64,000 nt of DNA from Phycisphaeraceae bacterium (GTDB lineage Bacteria; Planctomycetota; Phycisphaerae; Phycisphaerales; Zrk34): the NCBI GenBank assembly GCA_040905565.1, contig JBBDRF010000021.1:64001-128000 (forward strand). Reading direction: 5' to 3'. Each line of letters begins with the position of its first letter. Positions within the stretch are counted from its first letter, which is position 1. This document shows, piece by piece, positions 17,180 to 27,340 of this stretch. The notes beneath the pieces were generated by a model. That model worked only from the letters and a program-made list of their open reading frames with translations, made no database searches and was not told the DNA's origin. The position numbers and the translations under genes are program-made.

Positions 17180-19716
17180 GGCGACCGGCGGGCGGCACCG
17201 GGTTCTGGCTCAGACGTCCTGGCACCTCTGTTGGTGTTGCGGCGGGGCTGGTGCTTCTCGCAGCACTGCTCGCCAGCGGCCTCAAACCCAGCCATTCCAT
17301 GAACACGCTGCTGCCTCGTGACGACCCGGCAGCGGTCGCGCTTGGCCAACTCATGCAGAACTTTGCCATCGGCAACGAACTGCTGCTGCTGGTCGAAGCG
17401 GATGAGCAATTGCGCGGGGAACAAGAAGCGGTTGAGAGTCTCCGGGCGTTCGCCCAGCGTTTCGAAGCTGCCGTCGCGGAGGATCAAACGGCCGCAGCCA
17501 TGGTCGAGCGGATTCAGTGGTCAGCTGGGGAGGATGCCGTTCGATTTGCTGAGGAGCAGGTCGCACCCCGCCTGGCCTTTTACCTGGACGATGGTGCTTT
17601 CGAGCAGTTGCTCGAGCGGTTGACCGAACCGGGCATGAAGCGGCTGATTGTAAGAAATGAAGCGATGCTGGCCTCCGGCCCCGCAGCCGACGCTCTTGCA
17701 CGACAGGTGCTGCGTGATCCGCTGCGGCTACACGAACTGCTCGGCAAGGTCGCGACCACGCTCCGCCCCGCCGGCCGAACGTGGCGAGGCGGGTCGGAGT
17801 TCATTACCACCGATGGCCGAGCCATGCTTATCCGCGTCGCGGCGGTCGAACCGCCCAGCGATCTCAACTTCACCAAACAGTTCATGCCCATGATGCGGCA
17901 AGCGATCCACCGCGCCCTGGCCGAAACCGAGCATGCCCCCCATGTCAGCCCGGCAGGGGGCTATGCGATTGCCGAACTGAGTGAGCGAGAGATTCGGCGT
18001 GACATGATGCGCAGCATCATCGGCGCAGTCGTGCTTCTGCAACTGGCGTTTTTCCTGATCTATCGGCGAGCGTGGGTGTTCGCCCTGGTCCTGCTGCCCG
18101 CCGCGGCCGGTATCGTCGTGGCATTTGGATTATACAGCGTGACGGGCCTGCCGTTGACGCCCATCACTGCGGTCATCGGCGCGATGCTCGCGGGGCTCGG
18201 CGTGGATTACGGCATCCATTATCTCGCCCACTACCAGACGCAGCGTAAGCACGCATCGTCCGCAGCCGCTGCAGCCACACGCGTGAATGTCGCACTCGCA
18301 GGGACCATGGCTGCCGCTTGCGTCACGTCGCTGATCGCCTTCGCCGCCATCGGCACCTCCAGCGTCGCTGCGCTTCAGCAGTTCGCGCTGCTTGGCGTGC
18401 TCGGGCTCGCGGGGGCACTGCTCGCATCACTCACGCTACTGCCTGCGATGCTGACTTTGCTTGAACGCATCGGCCGATCGGGCGTGGGGCACGTTGGTGC
18501 GTTGCGGTTCGACGCAGCTTGGTTCCTGCAGATCGCCCATCGCCATCGGCGGTCGTGCTGGGCAACGGGGGCGGTGCTGACGGGGGCTGCGGGCATAACG
18601 CTCGCCATTGCCGGCGGCGTGCGGTTCGATGACGACCTCCATGCGATGCACCCGCAGCCGAACAAGCCGCTCGTGACGCAGACAGAGATCGCCACGATGT
18701 TCGGTCAAGCTCCCGAGCCGATGGTCGTGCTCCTCCAGGCCGACGACGAATCCGCTTTGCTCGATCTGGCCGCCCGTGTTGATCATCACATCGATGCTTC
18801 CGCCGCAGCACAGGCCGCCGGGGTGCGTACCACGCTCAGCCCCGCACGGCTGTTGCCGACGGCCGCACACGTCGAACGACGCCTTGAACGATTGGATGAG
18901 ATCGGTGTCACGTCGATGCTCGCGAGCTTCGACGCCGTCATCGAGGAGAGCATTTTCAATCCCGATGCTTTTGCGGATTACCGCGAGTATCTCCGTCGCG
19001 TTGTGCGGCCGAAAGACTCGCCCACGATCCAGACGCTGCGCCACTACCCGCAACTCGCTGCGACGGTCCTCCCCCGGACCGATCACGAAAGCGTGGAGCA
19101 CATGGGCGCGGTACTGGTTTATTTTGAGGATCGGGTGACCAATCGTGAACAGCGGGACGCTGCCATTACCGCCTTGCGCGAGGCTCTGACGCATGTCGAG
19201 GGGGCGACGCTTAGCGGCATGCCCGTGATCGCTCACGATGTGGAGCAGGCGGTGCGCACCGAGCTAGGGCAACTGTTCGGCGTGGCGGCCACGCTTGTCA
19301 TCGTCTGGCTGATCGTTATTTATCGCAACGGGCGCGACGTGGCCCTGGTGTTGATTCCCGCGGTCTTCGGCGGTCTCATCCTCTTGTCGGGGATGTACTG
19401 GATGGGCATCGGATTCAACATGATGAACCTCATCGCGCTCCCGCTGCTCGCTGGCATCGGCGTCGATGACGGCATCTTCCTTGTCAGTGCCGCCAGGCAG
19501 CGACAGACGGGCGGAGTCGCCGCCAGTTGTCACGCCATCACCATGACCAGCGCCACCACAGCCCTGGCCTTCGGATCGCTTCTGTTGACCAGCACGCCCG
19601 CCATCCAATCCCTCGGTGCGGTATTGGCGATCGGCATCGTCGCCAGCTATATCGGCGCGGCCTGGGTGCTCGCCCCCTGGCTCATCGAAAACATCGAGCG
19701 GGAGGCTGCAGCATGA
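17176..19716 (+). CDS. MMPL/RND-family lipid exporter
   Basis: Two repeats of periplasmic domain plus TM bundle; GLGVDYGIH and GIGVDDGIF, TSATTALAFGSL; ATGA overlap with the upstream gene. Confidence 0.9.
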   Translation: MRRPAGGTGFWLRRPGTSVGVAAGLVLLAALLASGLKPSHSMNTLLPRDDPAAVALGQLMQNFAIGNELLLLVEADEQLRGEQEAVESLRAFAQRFEAAVAEDQTAAAMVERIQWSAGEDAVRFAEEQVAPRLAFYLDDGAFEQLLERLTEPGMKRLIVRNEAMLASGPAADALARQVLRDPLRLHELLGKVATTLRPAGRTWRGGSEFITTDGRAMLIRVAAVEPPSDLNFTKQFMPMMRQAIHRALAETEHAPHVSPAGGYAIAELSEREIRRDMMRSIIGAVVLLQLAFFLIYRRAWVFALVLLPAAAGIVVAFGLYSVTGLPLTPITAVIGAMLAGLGVDYGIHYLAHYQTQRKHASSAAAAATRVNVALAGTMAAACVTSLIAFAAIGTSSVAALQQFALLGVLGLAGALLASLTLLPAMLTLLERIGRSGVGHVGALRFDAAWFLQIAHRHRRSCWATGAVLTGAAGITLAIAGGVRFDDDLHAMHPQPNKPLVTQTEIATMFGQAPEPMVVLLQADDESALLDLAARVDHHIDASAAAQAAGVRTTLSPARLLPTAAHVERRLERLDEIGVTSMLASFDAVIEESIFNPDAFADYREYLRRVVRPKDSPTIQTLRHYPQLAATVLPRTDHESVEHMGAVLVYFEDRVTNREQRDAAITALREALTHVEGATLSGMPVIAHDVEQAVRTELGQLFGVAATLVIVWLIVIYRNGRDVALVLIPAVFGGLILLSGMYWMGIGFNMMNLIALPLLAGIGVDDGIFLVSAARQRQTGGVAASCHAITMTSATTALAFGSLLLTSTPAIQSLGAVLAIGIVASYIGAAWVLAPWLIENIEREAAA

Positions 19717-20447
19717 TCGGCATGACCGCCTGGTGTGCTGCGATCGCCGGCGCTACCGCCTTCGGTGGACTCGGCTACGCAACGGCCTGGCCTCGGGCAC
19801 AGATTTATGGGCCGGTCATCAGCAGAGGCCCCGCTGGGTGCGGCAATCGCGTCGCACTCACTTTCGATGACGGGCCCCACACTCTCGGCACGCGCGGCGT
19901 CATGGAAGCGCTCGAAGCGGAGGGCGCCGTCGGCACCTTCTTCGTAATCGGCCGCTTCGTCACGCAGCAGCCCGACATCGTCCGAGAGCTTCACGCACGT
20001 GGCCACCTCGTCGGCAATCACACCTTCGACCATCATCACTGGGGAGCGATGCGCGGCAGGCGATATTGGTCGCAACAACTCCAGCGCACCAGCGACGTCA
20101 TCGAAGAAACGATCGGCAAGCGGCCTACGTTCTTCCGCCCGCCGATGGGCCTGAAGCAGCCGCACGTAATGCGTGCCGCTCAGGACAGTGGCTGTCGCGT
20201 TGTCACATGGCAACGCAGGGCGTGGGACGGCGTGCCGACGACTACGTCAAAAATCATCACACGCATCGCCGATCGTGCCTGGCCGGGCGACATACTCGCG
20301 CTGCATGATGGCGTCGACCCGTTCGGAAAACGTAACGTTGGCGAAACAGTCGCAGCCGTTCGGCCGATCGTTCAGCGACTCCGCGCACGCGGCCTGCAAC
20401 CGGTTCGTCTTGATACGTTGCTCACAGAAACGACGTCCGGCCGCTGA
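19713..20447 (+). CDS. Polysaccharide deacetylase (NodB/CE4) with N-terminal anchor
   Basis: ALTFDDGP, TFFVIG, GNHTFDH, FRPPMG, LALHDG; ATGA overlap with the MMPL gene. Confidence 0.92.
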   Translation: MIGMTAWCAAIAGATAFGGLGYATAWPRAQIYGPVISRGPAGCGNRVALTFDDGPHTLGTRGVMEALEAEGAVGTFFVIGRFVTQQPDIVRELHARGHLVGNHTFDHHHWGAMRGRRYWSQQLQRTSDVIEETIGKRPTFFRPPMGLKQPHVMRAAQDSGCRVVTWQRRAWDGVPTTTSKIITRIADRAWPGDILALHDGVDPFGKRNVGETVAAVRPIVQRLRARGLQPVRLDTLLTETTSGR

Positions 20448-20492
20448 TTCGCGCTCGGCCCCCGTGCGGCCGCGCTGTCTAACAACCGGCTG

Positions 20493-20828
20493 TTAATGCT
20501 CGGCATCGATCGCGGCCGATTCGCCTCGTGCCTTCATCCAGGGCCGGGTCAGAGCATAGCCCGCGAAACCGATCATCGCGGCCAGCATGCACACGCCAAG
20601 GGCCGCGAACACGCCCACGGTGCCCCAGACGGATAGGAGCGGACGCAGGGCGATCGGCGAGACGAATTGGCCGAAGAACAGCGCCATCGTCAACCCACCC
20701 ACGAACCGACCGCGGCTTGCCTCGGGGGCGTGGCTCATGAGCCAGACGTTGAGGTTGGGCATCAGCAAACCCAGGCCGAGGCCGGCGACCATCATGCCGA
20801 GCAGGACAACGGCGTAACTGACCGCCAT
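20493..20828 (-). pseudogene. C-terminal remnant of an MFS transporter (about 3 TM helices)
   Basis: GLGLGLLMP.LN.WL...APE..RGR..GG...ALFFGQF.SP matches the last third of MFS permeases; only 111 aa, with an in-frame TAG two codons upstream of the ATG. Confidence 0.6.
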
Positions 20829-20867
20829 GAACTATCCGGACGAAGAGGCCCGTCTTCTACATTAGGA

Positions 20868-22088
20868 CTATCGCTCGCCGTCATTAGAGCGTTCGAACCG
20901 TAGCTCGGCGAGATCGATGAACCGGTGCCAGTCGTAGGGCGTCAGGTTGTGGCCGCCGCTGCGGATGTGGTAGCCGAGCGGGCCGGTGTGCACAGGCTCA
21001 TCAACGTCAGGCATGGCGTCCGGTGAAAGCGGCTCGTGACCCCAGAGTGCATACACCGGCGAAGCGTGCGCGAGCGAGAGAAACTCGCCGCGTGGATCGG
21101 CCCAGATGTCGTCGCTGGCGCTGGCGACGTAGACGGTCCGCGGTGCGATCAGTGCCACCAGCATGTGCTGATCGAGGGGAAGGGCGTGTTCGCGATCGTT
21201 GTACGCGTTGAAGTTTTCGCAGAACCAGTGCGGGAACCGGTCGTTGATCTGCTTGATGCGCTCGCCGACCTGGCGCCGGCTCAACGCGGCGCCACCGCAC
21301 CCGGAGTTGTTTGAGACGATCATGGCGAAGCGTTCATCTTCCGCGCCGGCCCAGAGCGCCGCCTTGCCGCCGCGCGAGTGACCGACGAGCCCGACCTGCG
21401 TGGCCTCGATGTCGTCGGCAGTCTCGAAGTAATCCATTGCCCGACTGGCGCCCCAGCCCCACGCAGCGAGACCGGCCCACGCATCGCCCGGACGATCGTT
21501 CTGCCCGTCCTCGAACAGGTCGATCACGCCTTGCCGGAATGTGTCGGCCGAATCCGGCGCCAGTTCCCCGACCTGGATAGCTGCAATGCCGTAGCCGCGC
21601 TCGATGATCTCTTCAGCCGGCCAGAAGTCGGAACGCTCAGCTCGCGTCGGATCGGTCTGCTCCGGCCCGCGATTGTTCATCAGCAGGAACAGCGGCACCG
21701 GCCCGTCTGCATCGTTCGGCACGAAGACGATCAACTCGAACGCATGCTCACGGTCGTCAACGCCGCTGCGGATCTCGATGCGGCGGAGAGTGGCCTTGCC
21801 ATCCATCGCCTGATCGTCGTGTTCGATTTCATGGAAGGTAAGCGTCTGCGGCGCCCCCGGCCGCCGGCCGTAAACATGCTCACGAAAAAGTTCGAGCACC
21901 TCGCCCCTACGTTCCTGCGTCCATGCCTGCTTGCTCGCAACAGACCGGCCGGCGTTCATCTTCAGCGGATCGGGAAGCTGGTAAGCGGGAATCTCGATGT
22001 CCGCGTCGCCGTTCCACCCCGCAAAAGCTGCGACACCTAGCAGCAACGTGAGAAGTGCTGCACTGCTCGCCAAACCATATGGCATCAT
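20868..22088 (-). CDS. CE15-family (glucuronoyl esterase-like) secreted carbohydrate esterase
   Basis: AGGAGG RBS before MMPYG; signal peptide; LPDPL, AWGWGASRAMDY, GHSRGGKAAL, SGCGGAALSRR, FPHWF, DQHML.ALIAPR, WADPRGE. Confidence 0.88.
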   Translation of the reverse strand: MMPYGLASSAALLTLLLGVAAFAGWNGDADIEIPAYQLPDPLKMNAGRSVASKQAWTQERRGEVLELFREHVYGRRPGAPQTLTFHEIEHDDQAMDGKATLRRIEIRSGVDDREHAFELIVFVPNDADGPVPLFLLMNNRGPEQTDPTRAERSDFWPAEEIIERGYGIAAIQVGELAPDSADTFRQGVIDLFEDGQNDRPGDAWAGLAAWGWGASRAMDYFETADDIEATQVGLVGHSRGGKAALWAGAEDERFAMIVSNNSGCGGAALSRRQVGERIKQINDRFPHWFCENFNAYNDREHALPLDQHMLVALIAPRTVYVASASDDIWADPRGEFLSLAHASPVYALWGHEPLSPDAMPDVDEPVHTGPLGYHIRSGGHNLTPYDWHRFIDLAELRFERSNDGER

Positions 22089-22265
22089 CGTCGGCCTCCT
22101 GTTTAAGATCCATCCGATCGCATGATGGCGCACCGGATGAAATTGGATTTCAGTTTTGGTACGCATTGTACACGTCAGACATATACAAAGCAGCGACTTC
22201 CAGTTCGCCCAACGAGAACCCGCTATCTCATGGATTGCCGGAGGTGTCGCCGATACGCTGGTGCG

Positions 22266-23072
22266 ATGTCGCCCTTATTGCCTGATGCTGATGTTCGACT
22301 TTCGCCGCGTTGCCGGGCGCGGATTGAGACGCTTTACGCGCGGTACCATCGCCACGAACACGTCGCACGCGATCCGCTGACCTGTGTTTACAGGTACGAC
22401 CATCTTGCCGATCGGGAGGTGGTGGGGCTCATCAGCGCCGTGCTGGCTTACGGGAATGTGAAGGCGATCCTGAGCGCGCTCGATACGGTGTTCGCACGCA
22501 TGGGTGAGCATCCGGCGGCTTACCTGCAAGATCGGACACCGGCAACGATCCGACGCCACTTCGCAGGCTTTCGGTATCGTGTGACCGGCGAGGCGGATTT
22601 CGTGGGGCTGCTGCTCGGGATGCGGAAGCTGCTGCCTGAGGGCCTGGGGCCGCGTGCGGATTGGAAGGCGGCCGAGCATCCGGCGCAATGGCCTGCGGGT
22701 CTGGTGGCGATGGGGGAGATGGTCGACCGGATCGTGGGGGAAGCAGGGCGGCCGCTGGGTCATCTGCTGCCGCATCCGGCGCGCGGGTCGGCATGCAAGA
22801 GATTAAATCTGTACTTCCGATGGATGGTGCGTTGTGATGCGATCGACCCGGGCGGATGGAAGGGATTGGAGCCTGCCGATCTGGTGGTGCCGCTGGATAC
22901 GCATCTGCATCGCGTCGCGGTGACGCTGGGCCTGACACGCCGAAAGCAGGCGAATCTCGCAGCAGCGATCGAGGTGACGGCCGGGCTGCGCCAGATTGAT
23001 CCGGTCGATCCGCTACGTTTCGATTTTGCCCTGACGCGGCCCGGGATACTGAAAGAGGCGTGGCGAGTTTGA
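22266..23072 (+). CDS. TIGR02757/DUF2400 family protein
   Basis: [50 protein letters not shown]. Confidence 0.85.
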   Translation: MSPLLPDADVRLSPRCRARIETLYARYHRHEHVARDPLTCVYRYDHLADREVVGLISAVLAYGNVKAILSALDTVFARMGEHPAAYLQDRTPATIRRHFAGFRYRVTGEADFVGLLLGMRKLLPEGLGPRADWKAAEHPAQWPAGLVAMGEMVDRIVGEAGRPLGHLLPHPARGSACKRLNLYFRWMVRCDAIDPGGWKGLEPADLVVPLDTHLHRVAVTLGLTRRKQANLAAAIEVTAGLRQIDPVDPLRFDFALTRPGILKEAWRV

Positions 23073-23191
23073 TGCGCGCACGCAACGATGGGGCGGTTAG
23101 CGGGGGGGTGGGGGTCGTGTTAAAATGCTGGGCTTGTTGGAAATTCACGAACCTTTGTAGATGCCCTGGGGACAGCGGGGCGAGGATAGCT

Positions 23192-24385
23192 ATGCCGAAG
23201 AAAACGATTGCGGACGTTGATGTGGCGGGTAAGACGGTTTTGATGCGCGTCGATTTCAATGTGCCTCTGGACGATGGGCGGATCACCGACGAACGCCGGG
23301 TCCGCATGGCGTTGCCTTCGATCAAGAGCGTGATCGAGCGCGGCGGCCGCGTGGTGCTGATGAGCCATCTGGGTCGACCCAAGGGCGAAGGTGCCGAGCC
23401 GGAGTTCAGCCTGAAGCCGGTCGCCGACCGTCTGGGTGAACTGCTGGGTAAGCCTGTCGCGTTCGCGTCGGATTGCATCGGCGACGAAGCGAAGCAGAAG
23501 GCCTCGGCACTGAACGACGGCGAGGTGCTGCTGCTTGAGAACCTGCGTTTCCACAAGGGCGAGAAGAAGGGCGATGAGAACTTCGCCGCTCAGCTTGCGG
23601 AACTGGCGGACATTTACTGCTCCGATGCATTCGGGACGGCCCACCGTAAGGATGCTTCGATGTACGCCGTGCCGCGTGCGATGGAGGGCAAGCCTCGCGT
23701 CGTCGGCTTCCTGATGGAGAAGGAGATCGCGTACCTCTCCGAAGCGGTGGCGAACCCGAAGCGGCCGTTCGTGGCGATCCTCGGCGGCGCGAAAGTGTCC
23801 GACAAGATCAACGTCATTCAGAACCTGCTGGGCATCTGCGATAAGGTGCTTATCGGCGGGGCGATGGCCTATACCTTCGCGCTGGCGCAGGGCGGCAAGG
23901 TCGGCGGCAGCCTCGTGGAGAAGGACAAGGTCGACCTTGCCAAGCAGCTCGTTGCCGAGGGCGGCGAGAAGCTCGTGCTCCCCGTCGATACCCACGCCGG
24001 CGACGATTTCAGCGGCGACTGCAACAAGAAGATCGTCGACGCAGGCGAAATTCCCGACGGCTTCGAAGGACTGGACATCGGCCCGAAGACGGCTGAGCAG
24101 TACGCTGCGATCATCAAGGATTCAAAAACCGTCGTCTGGAACGGGCCGATGGGCGTGTTCGAGATGCCGCCGTTCGATATCGGCACCAACACCGTCGCCG
24201 ACGCGATCGTGCAAGCCACGGCCGGCGGCGCGACGACCATCATCGGCGGCGGCGACAGTGCTGCGGCAATCGAACAGGCCGGCCTGGCGGACAAGGTGTC
24301 GCACGTCTCCACCGGCGGCGGGGCAAGCCTGGAGATGCTCGAAGGCAAGAAGTTCGCCAGCGTGGAACTGCTGGACGATCAATAA
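23192..24385 (+). CDS. pgk: Phosphoglycerate kinase
   Basis: [61 protein letters not shown]. Confidence 0.97.
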   Translation: MPKKTIADVDVAGKTVLMRVDFNVPLDDGRITDERRVRMALPSIKSVIERGGRVVLMSHLGRPKGEGAEPEFSLKPVADRLGELLGKPVAFASDCIGDEAKQKASALNDGEVLLLENLRFHKGEKKGDENFAAQLAELADIYCSDAFGTAHRKDASMYAVPRAMEGKPRVVGFLMEKEIAYLSEAVANPKRPFVAILGGAKVSDKINVIQNLLGICDKVLIGGAMAYTFALAQGGKVGGSLVEKDKVDLAKQLVAEGGEKLVLPVDTHAGDDFSGDCNKKIVDAGEIPDGFEGLDIGPKTAEQYAAIIKDSKTVVWNGPMGVFEMPPFDIGTNTVADAIVQATAGGATTIIGGGDSAAAIEQAGLADKVSHVSTGGGASLEMLEGKKFASVELLDDQ

Positions 24386-24451
24386 AGCTCGGTGCGGTAG
24401 CCGGGCATGACGCGGAGCCGTAACGCGCGGCACCTGATGAGGGAGCGTTTC

Positions 24452-24727
24452 ATGCTCGGCTGGTGGATCTATCTCGCGACGCTGGCGCTGATGAGCGTGA
24501 CGACGTTCGCCATGTATGCCTGGGACAAACGGCAGGCACGCCGAGGCGCCTGGCGCGTGGCGGAATCAACCCTGCAGGCTCTCGCGCTGCTGGGCGGATG
24601 GCCGGGCGCGCTCACCGGTAGGCATCTGCTGAGGCACAAGACGCGCAAAGGCGGCTTCACCGCCATCCTCTATCTGATCGTGGCGGTGCATGTCGCGGCC
24701 GTGGTGGCGGCGATGTGGCTTTTGTGA
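24452..24727 (+). CDS. DUF1294 family membrane protein
   Basis: YAWDKRQA..G.WRV.ESTL..LALLGGWPGA.......RHKTRK. Confidence 0.88.
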   Translation: MLGWWIYLATLALMSVTTFAMYAWDKRQARRGAWRVAESTLQALALLGGWPGALTGRHLLRHKTRKGGFTAILYLIVAVHVAAVVAAMWLL

Positions 24728-24816
24728 ACTTCCCACGGCGGTACGCCCTGACGATCGAAGGAGCTATGATCGTGCGGTCACGTTAAACGCCCTGCGGGGG
24801 CTGTCGGAAAGGTGCG

Positions 24817-27162
24817 ATGATGAGTCAGGCAACGCATGCAGTGAAATGGTCGATGGTGGGGGCGATGCTTCTGACGCTCTCGATGAGTCAGGCTCTGGCG
24901 CAGGACGTCACGGCTGAGGCTTTGGCGGGGTATCGGCTGGCGACGGGGGCGCGGGCGGTGCTTGAGCGGGCCGAGGTGCTCGATTCGCCCCACGCGCAGC
25001 TTGCGGAGGAACTGTTGGCGATGGCGGTGACCCAGCGTGCGACCGATCAACACGCATGGCATCTGCGTCTTGAAGCGGCCGAAATGGTCGGTGACCTCAC
25101 CACGCTGCGCGCGACGCTTGGCAACTATCTGCAGCAGTATCCGCGGGACGATACAGCCCAGCTTCGGCTGATCGATCTGCTCGCATCGGAAGAGGCGAAT
25201 GTCGCCGACCGTATCGCGATGTACGAACGGCTCCTGCAGGGCTCGCGGGCGGATCGATTGAGCCCCGCGCTGCGCAGCCGCGTGGCGTATCGGGCGGCGG
25301 TGCTCTACCGGGAGCAGGGGCGCACCCGCGGCTACGCCGAACGGCTGCAGGATGCACTCACACTGGATGAATCCAACCCTGCTGCGGCAGCGGAGGCGCT
25401 CTCGTTCCTTCAACAGCGTGGAGCCGATCGTGTCGAGATCATGCAGGCGTTGCTGACCTTGCTCGCCGCCGATCCCGGCAACAGCGCCACGCATGAGCGC
25501 ATCGCCCGGGAACTGCTCGCAGCTGGCTTGTACGAACAGGCAGCAACCTGGTACGGGGCCGTCAGCCATCTTTGGGAAGTGGAGGGGGCTCCGGATCAAG
25601 ACGCGGTCATGTCGATCGTTTACGAGTGGACGCTGGCGCTGTGGGGCGCCAACCGCCGCAGCGAGGCGATGGGCCTGATCGATGCGTTCGCCGATGCGGT
25701 GGGCTTGGAGGACGTGGCCAACCTGCCGGTGGGATTGCAGACGTTACGCGTGGCGATGCTGCAATCGCAGGAGGACGATCAGCAGGCAGCGGAGGCCTTT
25801 GAAACCCTAACGGCCGCGCTACGTGCGCGTCACGAGGATGATCCGGAAAACGCTGATCACCTGGCGGATCTAGCCTGGGCCCACCTGCTGCTGGGCGAGG
25901 GCGACGACGTGTCCGCCATGATGCAGAAGCTTGAAACGATGCTTCCGTTGGACGATCCCACGATGCGCCGCCTACGCATCTGGCACGCTGCACGGCAGGG
26001 CGATGCCGAGGAAGCACGCGAGATTTTCGCCGAGGCCGACCAGCCGACCGCGATGGAACAACTCGGCGTGCATCTTGCCGAATCGGCGCAGATGAGCCGC
26101 GAGGAGCAGGTGCAGGCTTTGACAGCTATTTATGAGTCAGCTGCCGATCGACTGGCAGGCGTGTGGGCCGCGGACCGCCTGCGGAAGCTGAACTCCCGCC
26201 CGCAGCCCAGCGGCGAAGCACGCACCATCGGTCGACTCGTGCAGGCGGTGCCCGGCGTGCTGCGTGAGGGCGCCGCCGTGCCCGGCGAACTGACCCGCCT
26301 CACCGTCAGCCCCGTCAGTCGTCGGCTCGATTACGGTCAGCCCGTTCAGCTTGAAGTCGACCTGGCGAACCGCAGCAGCGTCCCCCTCAGCCTCGGCTCC
26401 GACGGGGCCGTGGCCGCGACCGTGATGCTCGTGCCGCAGGTGCGCATCGGCGACGGAGAAACGATCTCCCTCAGTCCGCAGTTCGTCGCCATGGATCGTC
26501 GGCTTCGCCTTGAGGCCGGCCGCACGGTCCGGGTGCGGACGCGGCTGGATCAACCTGACCTCGTCGCCCTGCTCAATGAGCATCCGGACGAGGCGATCGC
26601 GCTTTCCGTGCTGGCGGTGCTCAACCCGGTACTGGTCGAGGATGGCCGATTCCTGCCAGGCATGTTCGGCACCGCAATGGATGTGCCCTCCATCGTCCGC
26701 ACGCGGGTCAGGCCTTCGCAGGAGAACGCCGAGGCACTGGCCGAAAGGCTGAGTGCTGACGACCCCACGGTTCGCTTTTACAGTGCCGCCCGACTGATCG
26801 CCCTGGCAGCAGAGGCAGAACAAGCGGGGGGGCAGCCTATATCGGATCGCAGCATGGAAGCGGTCGAAGCGTTCTATGCCGAGCAGAGCCCCGCCGGGCG
26901 GGCGTTCCTGATCAGCTATGTCGTCAGCGATGCCGTGGCCGGGGCGGAGAGTGTCGCCTTTGAACAGTTGCTGGAACGCGCACGCACCGATGAGGCCGAC
27001 CTCGTCCAGGTGATGCTGCTGACAGCAGGGGAGATGCCCGATCCGATCGCACTGGAAGTGGCCCTCGCGCGAGAGCAGAACGCCGTCGGTCGCATCGCCC
27101 GGCTCGTCGAGCAGACGATGAAAGACGCCGATGAACCAGCCGCCGACGAACCCGGCAAATGA
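24817..27162 (+). CDS. Exported TPR-like helical-repeat protein with a C-proximal Ig-like beta domain (hypothetical)
   Basis: 781 aa; signal peptide ending ALA-Q; TPR-like A..L.P.N repeats; beta-rich segment QPVQLEVDLANRS. Confidence 0.7.
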   Translation: MMSQATHAVKWSMVGAMLLTLSMSQALAQDVTAEALAGYRLATGARAVLERAEVLDSPHAQLAEELLAMAVTQRATDQHAWHLRLEAAEMVGDLTTLRATLGNYLQQYPRDDTAQLRLIDLLASEEANVADRIAMYERLLQGSRADRLSPALRSRVAYRAAVLYREQGRTRGYAERLQDALTLDESNPAAAAEALSFLQQRGADRVEIMQALLTLLAADPGNSATHERIARELLAAGLYEQAATWYGAVSHLWEVEGAPDQDAVMSIVYEWTLALWGANRRSEAMGLIDAFADAVGLEDVANLPVGLQTLRVAMLQSQEDDQQAAEAFETLTAALRARHEDDPENADHLADLAWAHLLLGEGDDVSAMMQKLETMLPLDDPTMRRLRIWHAARQGDAEEAREIFAEADQPTAMEQLGVHLAESAQMSREEQVQALTAIYESAADRLAGVWAADRLRKLNSRPQPSGEARTIGRLVQAVPGVLREGAAVPGELTRLTVSPVSRRLDYGQPVQLEVDLANRSSVPLSLGSDGAVAATVMLVPQVRIGDGETISLSPQFVAMDRRLRLEAGRTVRVRTRLDQPDLVALLNEHPDEAIALSVLAVLNPVLVEDGRFLPGMFGTAMDVPSIVRTRVRPSQENAEALAERLSADDPTVRFYSAARLIALAAEAEQAGGQPISDRSMEAVEAFYAEQSPAGRAFLISYVVSDAVAGAESVAFEQLLERARTDEADLVQVMLLTAGEMPDPIALEVALAREQNAVGRIARLVEQTMKDADEPAADEPGK

Positions 27163-27312
27163 ACCCAACGCCCGGCTGTTCTCAGCACGGCCAACCCACC
27201 GCGGGAAGTGACGCTAATCTGGTCATTACCCGCAGATGCTCGGGGACCCAGGCGGGCGTTTTCCTGGGGTGAAAAAGCCGCTTTAAAAAAGTGCGTGGTG
27301 CGATAACTTCTC

Positions 27313-27340
27313 TTGACATAGATGCAGGGTGTGATAGCAT
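27313..27340 (+). promoter_or_regulatory. Putative sigma70-type promoter for the pilin gene
   Basis: TTGACA (27313-27318), 16-nt spacer, TAGCAT (27335-27340) preceded by TG-N (extended -10), in an AT-richer intergenic region. Confidence 0.55.

Noticed and set aside
6244..20447. Ladderane or dialkylresorcinol/flexirubin assignment for the cluster
   Set aside because: It has no radical SAM or methyltransferase genes of the anammox type and no DarA/DarB-like genes or ammonia-lyase; the chorismatase points to a hydroxybenzoate starter instead.
27167..27260. Multi-stem region after the TPR gene with GCTGAGA on the minus strand (TPP riboswitch-like)
   Set aside because: The conserved TPP elements are not in the right order and no thiamine gene follows; GC-rich stems may be chance.
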